Shown here: positions 14,405-28,247 of the stretch, piece after piece
How positions within the stretch are numbered: position 1 is the first letter of the stretch
How the letters are laid out: every line of letters starts with the position of its first letter
NCBI RefSeq assembly: GCF_963921235.1
Contig: NC_086097.1
Location: 99,574,001 to 99,638,000 of the forward strand
Direction: 5' to 3'
Length of the DNA stretch: 64,000 nucleotides
DNA from: Mobula hypostoma
Lineage: Eukaryota
Position numbers and translations under genes: made by a program
Notes under the pieces: generated by a model
What the model was told of the DNA's origin: nothing
Databases searched by the model: none
Seen by the model: the letters and a program-made list of their open reading frames with translations, nothing else

Positions 14405-14731
14405 GACTGAGAGAGAGACAGAGAGAGCAAGACAGAGACAGACAGAGAGTGAGACAGAGAGCGAGACAGAGACAGAGAGAGACCAGGGAGACAGACAGAG
14501 AGAGTCAGAGAGGGAGACAGACAGACAGAGACGGGGGAGACAGACAGAGAGAGTCAGAGAGAGAGACAGACAGACAGAGACGAGAGAGACAGACAGAGAC
14601 GAGAGAGTCAGAGAGAGACAGAGAGAGTCAGAGAGAGACGGACAGAGACTGAGAGAGAGAGACAGAGAGAGCAAGGCAGAGACAGATACAGAGAGTGAGA
14701 CAGAGAGTGAGACAGAGAGAGAGAGAGAGAC
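12860..14731. repeat. Complex GA/GACA-rich satellite (~1.9 kb)
   Basis: Mixed (GA)n, GACA and gagaccagggagacagacagagagagtcag blocks; almost no T on the plus strand. Confidence 0.95.
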
Positions 14732-16481
14732 AGCTGGTCAACATCAGGAAGGAATGCTGTTTTTATTTATTTATTGATTGATTGGGATACAGTGTGGAAT
14801 TGGCCCTTCTGGTCCTTCAAGTTGTGCCACCCAGCAATCCCCAGTTCAACCCGAGCCTAATCACAAGACAATTTACAATAACCTACTAGCAGGTGCACCT
14901 TTGGACTGTGGGAGGAAACCGGAACACCCAGAGGAAATCTATATGGTCACAAAGAGAATATACAAACTCCTTATAGACGGTGGTGGGAATTGAACCTGGG
15001 TCACTGGTACTGTAGTGTGTTGTGCTAACCACTACACAACTGTGCCATCCTATTGCTCCATTTGCATTACCTGAGATGCACACACGTTGAAATTTAGTGA
15101 GAAAAGCATCAAGTTTTGAAAATAGTCCTAAATACTTCAAAATGTCTATCCCAACGTCTTTTCCAAATCTTGTTACTTCACTCATATCATGCTTTAGGCT
15201 AGGAAACGTATCAGACATGAAAGACACACAGCAGAAGTACAGAACTAGAAATGTGCTCGTCTCCACTAGGTAGGGAGTGCAGTGACCCTGTGTTTACACC
15301 AGGTGCACACTGCAAACGTGCTGAGTTACCTCCTTTCTAAACACTTTAATTCAGGCCCCTCTACCAACAAAGAAGCTTTTCATCGATTGTTTCTTACAGA
15401 CTTATTCAGTAAGGTGGGGGTCACTGTTTTTTCCCAGGACAGAGAAATCCACAACTAGAGGGCATGCCTTTAAGGTGAGAAGGGAAAAATCTAAAGGGGG
15501 ACTAAGAGGCAACTTTTTCCACCCATTTACACAAATCTCATTTTCATTCTCCCCACATTCCCGTCAGCCTCCTGATTCTACACACACTAGGGGCAATTTA
15601 CAGTGGCTAATACATCTACAAACCCACTGGTCTTTGGGATGTGGGAGGAAATCGGAGCACTGTGGGGAAAGCCACACAGGAGATCCTACAAACTCTACAC
15701 AGACAGCACCCAAGCTCAGGGTTGTAACTGGCGAGGTTGAATGTGAGGCAGCGGATCTTACTAGCCGTACCATTGTATAACAAGAAATTTGTGGTAAACC
15801 AACATCTATCTCTTTGAAATGGCAGCAAATTAAAACAGCAGCCAAAGGCTATTTCTGCTCTTTAATCAATACATAGGACATGGAACAGATCACCACAGGA
15901 ACGGGCCTTTTCAGCCAGGATGTTTTTCCAAACTAATTAAACCAGTAATTAAATGCCTAACTAAATTAATCCTTTCTGCCTACACAGTGTCCACAGTGCC
16001 TATGTGAGAGCCTCTATAAATGCATGAGGCTTAAAACATGACTCGGTATTAGTAATAGATTAAATCTGAGGCAAATATCTCAAATAATATCCAGGAGCAC
16101 AAGTTTGCTGACCAGATGAACACTACACCTATGATTTACACACTGACTAGCACAGCCTATAGGACAATGGTCCTTGAGCATCTCCAGGCCCAACCACCAT
16201 CCTCCCAAGCTTGAGTTGCTCCCATTCATCCTTTCTCTTGAATATCATGGGGCTGCAGATTGGGAGATGGCTGTCCTCAAATACAAGTCAGAATCCACTA
16301 AGCTGCTGGTATGAGTGCCAATTCATCGGGCAGGAACTACACACAGCTCAGGGGCTAGAGCCAGGTTTCACTCAGAGAGCACTCCAAGGTGCCACACAAT
16401 GAGTCATTTATTGCTGCAGTACAATTTGACTCTGAGTGACTGCTTCCATTGGTGGAGATGAAATGGCACAACAATTATCCT

Positions 16482-18722
16482 CTTACGCTCTGCTCTCCAC
16501 TCCCTCCGCACTAATCCTAACCTTACTATTAAACCCGCCGATAAGGGGGGTGCTGTTGTAGTCTGGCGTACTGACCTCTACCTTGCCGAGGCACAGCAAC
16601 AACTCGCGGATACCTCCTCTTATTTACCCCTCGACTGTGACCCCACTAAGGAGCACCAGGCCATTGTCTCCCACACCATCACCGACTATATCCGCTCAGG
16701 GGATCTCCCATCCACTGCTACCAACCTTATAGTTCCCACACCCCACACTTCCCGTTTCTACCTCCTACCCAAGATCCACAAACCTGCCTGTCCTGGCCGA
16801 CCTATTGTCTCAGCTTGCTCCTGCCCCACCGAACTTATTTCTGCACACCTCGACACGGTTTTATCCCCCCTTGTTCAATCCCTTCCTACCTATGTTCGTG
16901 ACACTTCTCACGCTCTTAAACTTTTCGATGATTTGAAGTTCCCTGGCCCCCACCGCTTTATTTTCACCATAGATGTCCTGTCCCTATATACTTCCATCCC
17001 CCATCAGGAAGGTCTCAAAGCTCTACGCTTCTTTTTGGATTCCAGACCTAATCAGTTCCCCTCTACCACCACTCTGCTCCGTCTAGCGGAATTAGTCCTT
17101 ACTCTTAATAATTTCTCCTTTGGCTCCTCCCACTTCCTCCAAACTAAAGGTGTAGCTATGGGCACCCGTATGGGTCCCAGCTATGCCTGCCTTTTTGTTG
17201 GCTTTGTGGAACAATCTATGTTCCGGGTCTATTCTGGTATATGTCCCCCACTTTTCCTTCGCTACATCGACGACTGCATTGGCGCTGCTTCCTGCACACA
17301 TGCAGAGCTCGTTGACTTTATTAACTTTGCCTCCAACTTTCACCCTGCCCTCAAGTTTACCTGGTCCATTTCTGACACCTTCCTCCCCTTTCTAGATCTT
17401 TCTGTCTCTGTCTCTGGAGACAGCTTATCCACTGATGTCTACTATAAGCCTACTGACTCTCACAGCTATCTGGACTATTCCTCTTCTCACCCTGTCTCTT
17501 GCAAAAACGCCATCCCCTTCTCGCAATTCCTCCGTCTCCGCCGCATCTGCTCTCAGGATGAGGCTTTTCATTCTAGGACGAGGGAGATGTCTTCCTTTTT
17601 TAAAGAAAGGGGCTTCCCTTCCTCCACTATCAACTCTGCTCTTAAACGCATCTCCCCCATTTCACGTACATCTGCTCTCACTCCATCCTCCCGCCACCCC
17701 ACTAGGAATAGGGTTCCCCTAGTCCTCACTTACCACCCCACCAGCCTCTGGGTCCAACATATTATTCTCCGTAACTTCCGCCACCTCCAACGGGATCCCA
17801 CCACTAAACACATCTTTCCCTCCCCCCTCTCTCTGCATGCCGCAGGGATCGCTCCCTACGCAACTCCCTTGTCCATTCGTCCCCCCCATCCCTCCCCACT
17901 GATCTCCCTCCTGGCACTTATCCGTGTAAGTGGAACAAGTGCTACACATGCCCTTACATTTCCTCCCTTACCACCATTCAGGGCCCCAAACAGTCCTTCC
18001 AGGTGAGGCAACACTTCACCTGTGAGTCGGCTGGGGTGATATACTGCATCCGGTGCTCCCGATGTGGCCTTTTATATATTGGTGAGACCTGACGCAGACT
18101 GGGAGACCGCTTTGCTGAACACCTACGCTCTGTCCACCAGAGAAAGCAGGATCTCCCAGTGGCCACACATTTTGATTCCGCATCCCATTCCCATTCTGAC
18201 GTGTCTATCCACGGCCTCCTCTGCTGTGAAGATGGGGCCACACTCAGGTTGGAGGAAAAACACCTTGTATTCCGTCTGGGTAGCCTCCGGCCTGATGGCA
18301 TGAACATCGACTTCTCTGGCTTCCGCTGGTGCCCCGCCTCCCCCTCGAGCCCCACCTGTTATTTATTTTTATACACACATTCTTTCTCTCACTCTCCTTT
18401 TTCTCCCTCTGTCCCTCTGAATATACCTCTTGCCCATCCTCTGGGTCACCTCCCCCCCTGTCTTTCTTCCCGGACCTCCTGTCCCATGATCCTCTCGTAT
18501 CCTCTTTTGCCTATCACCCGTCCAGCTCTTGGCTCCATCCCTCCCCCTCCTGTCTTCTCCTATCATTTTGGATCTCTCCTTCCCCCTCCAACTTTCAAAT
18601 CCCTTACTCACTCTTCCTTCAGTTAGTCTTGATGAAGGGTCTCGGCCTGAAACGTCGACTGCACCTCTTCCTAGAGATGCTGCCTGGCCTGCTGCGTTCA
18701 CCAGCAACTTTTATGTGTGTTG
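16482..18722 (+). mobile_element. Penelope-like element copy 1 (RT plus GIY-YIG), 5'-truncated
   Basis: Frame open from 16486: IKPADKGGAVVVW, RFYLLPKIHKPACPGRPIVS, GVAMGTRMGPSYA, RYIDD; GIY-YIG GVIYCIRCSRCGLLYIGET followed by TGA. 13-bp TSD caacaattatcct at 16469-16481 and 18723-18735. Confidence 0.93.
18625..18660 (+). ncRNA. Minimal type I hammerhead ribozyme, C3U core variant, in the Penelope 3' repeat
   Basis: AGTC-TTGATGA-AGGGTCTCGGCCT-GAAA-CGTC-GACT; stem I AGUC/GACU; core reads UUGAUGA instead of CUGANGA. Confidence 0.65.
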
Positions 18723-18869
18723 CAACAATTATCCTTAACCTTTTACTGTGCGGCTATCAGACCGCAGTTGAAAGGAAAGGCATCGGGTACTTGAACAAAA
18801 TTCACTTACAGCCACTCAGCAGTGAATGAAAGTCTGCAGAACTCAGGGAAAGGAGGTGACAATAGACTC

Positions 18870-19135
18870 CTGCCCAAGCCAACACTGGTGCCAGAGGAGC
18901 CCTGCCCAGTCAGCATTGGTGCCAGTGGAATCTTGCCCAGTGAGCATTGGTGCCAGTGGATCCCTGTGCCAGTGAGCATTGATGCCAGAGGACCCCTGCC
19001 CAGTGAGCATTGGTGCCAGTGGATCCCTGTGCCAGTGAGCATTCATGCCAGAGGACCCCTGCCCAGTGAGCATTGGTGCCAGTGGAATCTTGCCCAGTGA
19101 GCATTGGTGCCAGCAGATCCCTGTGCCAGCAAGCA
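18870..19135. repeat. ~32-33 bp minisatellite, about 8 units
   Basis: Unit approximately ccagtgagcattggtgccagtggatccctgtg, alternating variants; lies ~0.5 kb 3' of the PAK stop codon. Confidence 0.9.
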
Positions 19136-19623
19136 CAAGTCCAAGTGGATGCTGTCTCAGGAAAATGAAGATGCTGATCTCTACCCCAAAATAAGACAGT
19201 AACTATACTAAACTATGGTGAAAGTCAGTCCCTGTGGACTTTGTGCCCGGGAACATCTGTGCCATTGTTTGCGACTAGGTAGCCTGCTATGCAACTGCTC
19301 TCGGGTGAATGTCGGCACAGCTCCAAGAGGCGGTGTGTGGAAGTGTCCCCCAGTAGGAGTCCGTCACCTTGTAAGCTCCGTCCTCTTGCACTGTGTGTCT
19401 GCGGAGAAGCTGTACACTAATCTGTTGTTTCTAGACTAAGCTCTGCAAGGACTAGGAGATCTGCCCTAGCCCTGGTGGCCTGTGGGCCAAGCTTCTACTG
19501 CTCAGTCAACCTGAATGAGGAACCCTGGACAGACAGAAATCCAACCCAGAATTGGTAGCTATGCTATCACTCTCTGCCCTGTGTTACTCACAGCATTTTG
19601 GAAAAATGTACTCTCCTGTAACC

Positions 19624-19800
<177 letters not shown>

Positions 19801-20814
19801 TCAATACTCCATACGGTCAGTCCCAAATCATTCTGTGCTGAACACTCGAGATTTGTTCTGTCACCCCTTGTTCCATTCATCATGCTAATTCCAACAATGA
19901 AGAGAAAACTGCTCATTTCTACAAGGACATGTATAAGAAGTGAAATTACTGGAAACTGCTGCTCGATCAACTGAGAAAGGAGGCAAGGGGACGAGTGTGA
20001 AGTGTTGCATTTTGAGAAGTTAGACCAGGGCAGGAGACACACAGTGAAAAACCCTGGAGAATGTTGTAAGACAGAGAGTCTGAGGGCTACAGGAACATAG
20101 TGTTCTCACAGAGATAGAGTGTTGAAGAATGCATTTGGCACATTGGCCTTCATCATTGGGACACTGAGTACAAGATATTGGAGAGACCACACCGAGAATA
20201 CCGTGTGCATTTCTGGTCACCTTGCCTGGAATTTATAGAGGTGAGAGAGGAAAGTTTCAAAAGAGGACCTGAGGGTCACTCTCACACAAAGGGTGGTGGG
20301 TACACAGAGCGAGCCGCTAGAGAAAGTAGCTCTCCACAGAACATCTTCAACCCCAGGACCTGCTCGGGAGTTACCTCTGGGCTAAAGACGGAAGTGCACA
20401 CTTGCCCTTCCTGAAGTTCTATCATTCCTCGGGCATGGAGAAGGGCAGCAACTGTACTCTCCCCTGGCCTGCCCTGACATTTACAGGGGTTTCCCAGTAC
20501 AAGTCAGAGACCGCGGCCTGCAGTGCACCAAAGCCCTGGAAAAGGGGGTAAGGTGAAGGGAATGTGTAGGGCAATTTTTTTTTTTTTTTTACACAGAGGG
20601 TGGTGGGTACCCTGAAGTATGCTGTCAGGGGTAGGGGTAGAGGCAAATACAATGAATGCATTTAAGGGGCACTTAGACAGGAAAACCAATGTGCAGGAAA
20701 TAAGAAGTGACATTATGTAGGAAGAAGGGATTTGTTAAGTTGAGTTTTACATTACTAAGAAGGAATTAGATTGGTTGGGCATTTGACTACTAATTTAATT
20801 AATTCAGCACATCA

Positions 20815-21099
<285 letters not shown>

Positions 21100-21811
21100 T
21101 CAGCCTCTGCTGCCAGCCCTGACCTTTCCTGGTCTCTCGGACATGCTGCCGTGATACACATCTCCCTGCTCCCAGGCCTGCTTCAAGGACAATCAAGCTG
21201 ATCCCATACAGTTTACACGTCAGCTTCATCCCACCACAAACGTGAGATTGTCACCACCCTGCTCTCTGCTTATGACCAGAACAAGCCTCTGTTGTGCTTG
21301 AAGAACCTTAAGCCTCTCTTTGCCCAGGTTTTCATGCTGACTTCCAGTGGAGAGCGGAAACCATTTATTCCATCCAGTGTGGAGCGATCTCAATGTCCCA
21401 CCTCCTTCCTGCCCCCCAGTCCAATTGCCTTTCACGATGGTTATGTCACCTCTGCAGCCAATCGACACTCCATATGGCCCTCCTGAATTCCACTTTGAAT
21501 TGTGGAGTATCCCTTTGTATTCTCAATCCTCCCCTTCAAGCAGTCACCCTCTCCTTTGGCTTCCTGCCAAACACATAGGCAGGTGGTTTAGCCTCACCAT
21601 AATCCTTCACGTTCAACTCTCCCACCCCATGCAGATCAGCAATCCTCAATCCCTCTGCACTTTCCGACAAAAAGTCCCACCCCTCTCAAATGGGAATCTG
21701 ATATCCATTACATTGTCACAGACAAGCCGATTATGATCCTGAAATTTGGCTGTTTGGCCAGAGAATAGTTGTCCCTCACAAAATACACCCTCCACCCCGT
21801 GTCCAGGATCA

Positions 21812-22069
<258 letters not shown>

Positions 22070-22092
22070 TTAGGAGATTGAGACACACCCTC

Positions 22093-22097
22093 ACACA

Positions 22098-22140
<43 letters not shown>
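22093..22140. repeat. (CA)n microsatellite
   Basis: Long CA run about 90 nt upstream (in transcript sense) of the exon 6 acceptor. Confidence 0.95.
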
Positions 22141-22143
<3 letters not shown>

Positions 22144-23540
22144 CTCTCACAGTCAAACACAACACACACACACTTACATTCAGAAATAGAAGGACTCATC
22201 GAGAATTCAAGAAAGAAAAACGACAGGGACAGTAACAGAGAGGGGGTGGAGAGAGAAAGGGGTTTATACAAAAACAGGTCAATCTGCAATTAATGTGTTA
22301 GCAGAAATCCTATCCCATTACCCTCATGAGGCTCTTCGAATGCCCTTTGCCGAAACCCAGACCGATGTTGCATAGGTGCGCACTGGGCTGCCTGCTTTGC
22401 CAAATTTACAAGTGAGCCCAGACCCGCAGGGAGCCTAAGAGGAAGCAGGAGAGGCCTGCTTGGGTCCCTGAGGACCTGCTGAATCTAACAGATTCACAGG
22501 CTGGCAGAAAGAGAGCAGCTTAGCTCAGATCTCTTCAGATGCGATTTGGAGTCACTAATTATATCTGAAACATTGGGTCACTCTTGGTGGAAAAGCATGC
22601 CATTCCACCCATAGCTCCACCAAAATCAGATTCCCAAGCCCCAATGACAGGGAATCTGGCAGGGGAGGGAGGGGGTGCAGTGAAGGGTGGGTTGGCAGAG
22701 CGATTATGCTTTGCATCAAGGTGGTATCATGGTAGAAAGCAGATTAGCTTGGTCAAAGTGGAGAGGCATCCCTGCTCCTCTGCGGAGAGCAGCCTATGGA
22801 AATTAGTGGACCTTGCCTCTCATCACTCAGGGGGTTTCCTGAAACACTGAATTCCAAACCAGTCAGGGTTAAAATTACTGTCCCAGTTCCAACTGCATGC
22901 CCACAACTTATTAACTCTAACTGCCTGTCTCTGGAATGCCCAAGGAAACCAAAACACCTGGAGGAAAACAACTCAGACATGAGTAGAACTTCAAAACTCC
23001 TTACAGACAGCAAGAAGAACTGAACCCCAATTTTACAGCCAGCTTTGTAAATTGCTACGCTACCAACTACTCTACGTGCCGTCCTTTTCACCAATTCCTT
23101 CCACAGATGCTGTCTGACCAGCCAAGTTCCTCCAGCAGTTCATTTTTTTTTGTTTCCTGAGGGAGTAGCAGAAATTAGCATCGATAGATTGAATGGAGTA
23201 GTCTGAATAGTCTGCGAAGGGAAAGGGGAAAGAAGACTACAATGGAAGTCTCACATGGAGAGTGATGCCAATAGGCTCTCATGTGGCATGGCCATTTGCA
23301 CAGTCCAGATGTGCTGAGTGGATAGTTTCAGTCCCATCATCTCTACATAATTCAACGTCTAATGAAGAATAGAAGAACAATGTTCTTTCTTCATCTTGAA
23401 GCAACATAAAGGATTCAGTTGACCCAGGACAAGATTATACAGAAAATGAACTTTTAACAAATGCAAAGTTTGCAAAAATGATAAAATTTAACTTGTACTG
23501 CATTTTCAGGGCTCTTTATAGCAAGTTTTCACATTGGGAT

Positions 23541-24833
23541 CCAGTGTGGATGAGGTGTAACAACTGGTCTGGGCAGTGTGGATGAGGTGTAACTGGTCTG
23601 GGCAGTGTGGATGCGGTGTTGCTGGTCTGGGCAGTGCAGATGAGTTGTAGCTGGTCAGGACAGTGTGGATGAGGTGTAACTGGTCTGGGGCAGTGTGGAT
23701 GAGGTGCAACTGGTCTCGGTAGTGTGGATGAGTTGTAACTGGTCTGGGGCAGTGTGGATGAGGTGTAGCTGGTCTGGGCAGTGTGGATGAGTTGTAACTG
23801 GTCTGGGGCAGTGTGGATGAGTTGTAACTGGTCTGGGGCAGTGTGAATGAGGTGTAGCTGGTCTGGGCAGTGTGGATGAGGTGTAACTGGTCTCGGTAGT
23901 GTGGATGAGTTGTAACTGGTCTGGGGCAGTGTGGATGAGGTGTAGCTGGTCTGGGCAGTGTGGATGAGTTGTAACTGGTCTGGGGCAGTGTGGATGAGGT
24001 GTAGCTGGTCTGGGCAGTGTGGATGAGTTGTAACTGGTCTGGGGCAGTGTGGATGAGTTGTAACTGGTCTGGGGCAGTGTGGATGAGGTGTAGCTGGTCT
24101 GGGCAGTGTGGATGAGTTGTAACTGGTCTGGGGCAGTGTGGATGAGTTGTAACTGGTCTGGGGCAGTGTGGATGAGGTGTAGCTGGTCTGGGCAGTGTGG
24201 ATGAGTTGTAACTGGTCTGGGGCAGTGTGGATGAGTTGTAACTGGTCTGGGGCAGTGTGGATGAGGTGTACCTGGTCTGGGCAGTGTGGATGAGTTGTAG
24301 CTGGTCTGGGCAGTGTGGATGAGTTGTAGCTGGTCTGGACAGTGTGGATGAGTTGTAGCTGGTCTGGACAGTGTGGATGAGTTGTAACTGGTCTGGGGCA
24401 GTGTGGATGAGTTGTAACTGGTCTGGGCAGTGTGTATGAGTTGTAGCTGGTCTGGACAGTGTGGATGAGTTGTAACTGGTCTCGGTAGTGTGGATGAGTT
24501 GTAACTGGTCTGGGGCAGTGTGGATGAGGTGTAGCTGGTCTGGGCAGTGTGGATGAGTTGTAACTGGTCTGGGGCAGTGTGGATGAGTTGTAACTGGTCT
24601 GGGGCAGTGTGGATGAGGTGTAGCTGGTCTGGGCAGTGTGGATGAGGTGTAACTGGTCTCGGTAGTGTGGATGAGTTGTAACTGGTCTGGGCAGTGTGGA
24701 TGAGGTGTAACTGGTCTCGGTAGTGTGGATGAGTTGTAACTGGTCTGGGGCAGTGTGGATGAGGTGTAGCTGGTCTGGGCAGTGTGGATGAGGTGTAGCT
24801 GGTCTCGGTAGTGTGGATGAGGTGTACCTGGTC
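23541..24833. repeat. 28-29 bp minisatellite, ~45 units, PAK intron 5
   Basis: Unit cagtgtggatgag(t/g)tgta(a/g)ctggtct(g)ggg. Confidence 0.95.
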
Positions 24834-25110
24834 CTTTCCCTGTGATAGGTTACCAGCATGATCACGGGGAAAGGAATGGAACCTGAGACCACTATATTGC
24901 ATCGCACCCACACTGCACAGGCAGCAAGAACTGCAAATCTGCTGCTGCTTGATGCTCATTAACTCCCTGCTAGAGAGAGACACCTCATGAGGCAGTATGA
25001 AGAGAATTTGGTTAAAATGGAGACTGTACAGTATTACCATCCTCTACCTGCTGGCATTAAATATGCAAAAGACTAAGGCTAGAGCTTCTGGGCTCCTACT
25101 CTGCACCTTA

Positions 25111-25362
<252 letters not shown>

Positions 25363-25535
25363 TCAGCGCTAGAGAGAGAGATCTACATGGGACAGTGAGC
25401 CTGGAGTGAAAACAGAAGGTCAGACAGTATCTGTGAAGAGAGGTACACAGTTAATGTTTCAGACTGATGACCTCTCATCAGAGTCAGAGTGAGAGGACTG
25501 CAGTAACACTCTTGGATGAACGAGGTGATTAGGTT

Positions 25536-25697
25536 ACAGTGTGAGACCAGAACATAACCAGTGTGAGACCAGTACCTAACCAGTGTGAGACCAGTACCTA
25601 ACTAGTGTGAGACCGGTACCTAACCAGTGTGAGACCAGTACCTAACTAGTGTGAGACCAGTACCTAACCAGTGTGAGACCAGTACCTAACTAGTGTC
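25536..25697. repeat. 22-bp minisatellite, ~7 units
   Basis: Unit gtgtgagaccagtacctaac(c/t)a. Confidence 0.9.
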
Positions 25698-25993
25698 AGG
25701 GTTGCAGTGATGTCTGTAGGGGAGAGTGCACCTGGGTCAGAGATATAGTTGTGTCATCCAGTTACGTAGATGTTCAATATATTTGTGTTGACATGAGCAA
25801 ACATCATAATCCTACAGACCTGGCCCTTAATTACTGGAAACTCTATACTTCACCCCAGTAATTTCATCTTGATAAATTTAAACATCTGCAAAACCACTTC
25901 TTAACCAAGAAAACAGACTGGATTTTTCTTACAACACACATAAAAGTTGCTGGTGAACGCAGCAGGCCAGGCAGCATCTCTAGGAAGAGGTGC

Positions 25994-26029
25994 AGTCGAC
26001 GTTTCAGGCCGAGACCCTTCGTCAGGACT
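25994..26029 (-). ncRNA. Minimal type I hammerhead ribozyme with intact core, sense to the PAK pre-mRNA
   Basis: Minus strand reads AGUC-CUGACGA-AGGGUCUCGGCCU-GAAA-CGUC^GACU: conserved CUGANGA and GAAA boxes, GUC triplet, 4-bp stem I, short stem II, vestigial stem III. Confidence 0.8.
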
Positions 26030-28211
26030 AACTGAAGGAAGAGTGAGTAAGGGATTTGAAAGTTGGAGGGGGAGGGGGAGATCCAAAATGATAGGAGAAG
26101 ACAGGAGGGGGAGGGATGGAGCCAAGAGCTGGATGGGTGATAGGCAAAAGGGATACGAGAGGATCATGGGACTCCTCTCGCGGATACCTCCTCTTATTTA
26201 CCCCTCGATCGTGACCCCACTAAGGAGCACCAGGCCATTGTCTCCCACACCATCACCGACTTTATCCGCTCAGGGGATCTCCCATCCACTGCTACCAACC
26301 TTATAGTTCCCACACCTCGCACTTCCCGTTTCTACCTCCTACCCAAGATCCACAAACCTGCCTGTCCTGGCCTGTCCTGTCCTGTCCTGTATTGTCTCAG
26401 CTTGCTCCTGCCCCACCGAACTCGTTTCTGCATACCTCGACACGGTTTTATCCCCCCTTGTTCAATCCCTTCCTACCTATGTTCGTGACACTTCTCACGC
26501 TCTTAAACTTTTCGATGATTTGAAGTTCCCTGGCCCCCACCGCTTTATTTTCACCATGGATGTCCTGTCCCTATATACTTCCATCCCCCTTCAGGAAGGT
26601 CTCAAAGCTCTACGCTTCTTTTTGGATTCCAGACCTAATCAGTTCCCCTCTACCACCACTCTGCTCCGTCTAGCGGAATTAGTCCTTACTCTTAATAATT
26701 TCTCCTTTGGCTCCTCCCACTTCCTCCAAACTAAAGGTGTAGCTATGGGCACCCGTATGGGTCCCAGCTATGCCTGCCTTTTTGTTGGCTTTGTGGAACA
26801 ATCTATGTTCCGGGTCTATTCTGGTATATGTCCCCCACTTTTCCTTCGCTACATCGACGACTGCATTGGCGCTGCTTCCTGCACACATGCAGAGCTCGTT
26901 GACTTTATTAACTTTGCCTCCAACTTTCACCCTGCAATCAAGTTTACCTGGTCCATTTCTGACACCTCCCTCCCCTTTCCAGATCTTTCTGTCTCTGTCT
27001 CTGGAGACAGCTTATCCACTGATGTCTACTATAAGCCTACTGACTCTCACAGCTATCTGGACTATTCCTCTTCTCACCCTGTCTCTTGGAAAAACGCCAT
27101 CCCCTTCTCGCAATTCCTCCGTCTCCGCCGCATCTGCTCTCAGGATGAGGCTTTTCATTCTAGGACGAGGGAGATGTCTTCCTTTTTTAAAGAAAGGGGC
27201 TTCCCTTCCTCCACTATCAACTCTGCTCTTAAACGCATCTCCCCCATTTCACGTACAGCTGCTCTCACTCCATCCTCCCACCACCCCACTAGGAATAGGG
27301 TTCCCCTGGTCCTCACCTACCATCCCACTAGCCTCCGGGTCCAACATATTATTCTCCGTAACTCCCGCCACCTCCAACGAGATCCCACCACTAAGCACAT
27401 CTTTCCCTCCCCCCTCTCTCTGCATGCCACAGGGATCGCTCCCTACGCGACTCCCTTGTCCATTCGTCCCCCCCATCCCTCCCCACTGATCTCCCTCCTG
27501 GCACTTATCCGTGTAAGCGGAACAAGTGCTACACATGCCCTTACACTTCCTCCCTTACCACCATTCAGGGCCCCAAACAGTCCTTCCAGGTGAGGCAACA
27601 CTTCACCTGTAAGTCGGCTGGGGTGATATACTGCGTCCGGTGCTCCCGATGTGGCCTTTTATATATTGGCGAGACCCGACGCAGACTGGGAGACCGCTTT
27701 GCTGAACACCTGCGCTCTGTCCGCCAGAGAAAGCAGGATCTCCCAGTGGCCACACATTTTGATTCCGCATCCCATTCCCATTCTGACGTGTCTATCCACG
27801 GCCTCCTCTGCTGTGAAGATGGGGCCACACTCAGGTTGGAGGAAAAACACCTTGTATTCCGTCTGGGTAGCCTCCGGCCTGATGGCATGAACATCGACTT
27901 CTCTGGCTTCCGCTGGTGCCCCGCCTCCCCCTCGAGCCCCACCTGTTATTTATTTTTATACACACATTCTTTCTCTCACTCTCCTTTTTCTCCCTCTGTC
28001 CCTCTGAATATACCTCTTGCCCATCCTCTGGGTCACCTCCCCCCCTGTCTTTCTTCCCGGACCTCCTGTCCCATGATCCTCTCGTATCCTCTTTTGCCTA
28101 TCACCCGTCCAGCTCTTGGCTCCATCCCTCCCCCTCCTGTCTTCTCCTATCATTTTGGATCTCCCCCTCCCCCTCCAACTTTCAAATCCCTTACTCACTC
28201 TTCCTTCAGTT

Positions 28212-28247
28212 AGTCCTGACGAAGGGTCTCGGCCTGAAACGTCAACT
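28212..28247 (+). ncRNA. Hammerhead ribozyme motif with a stem I mismatch
   Basis: AGTC-CTGACGA-AGGGTCTCGGCCT-GAAA-CGTC-AACT; the G-to-A change breaks the first stem I pair. Confidence 0.65.

Noticed and set aside
13110..14777. Long Arg/Glu-rich and Ser/Leu-rich ORFs
   Set aside because: They arise from a GA satellite that lacks stop codons; no gene structure.
23516..25040. 465-aa and 461-aa minus-strand ORFs; CRISPR-like periodicity
   Set aside because: Translations of a 28-29 bp tandem repeat; no unique spacers and no cas genes, in a eukaryotic intron.
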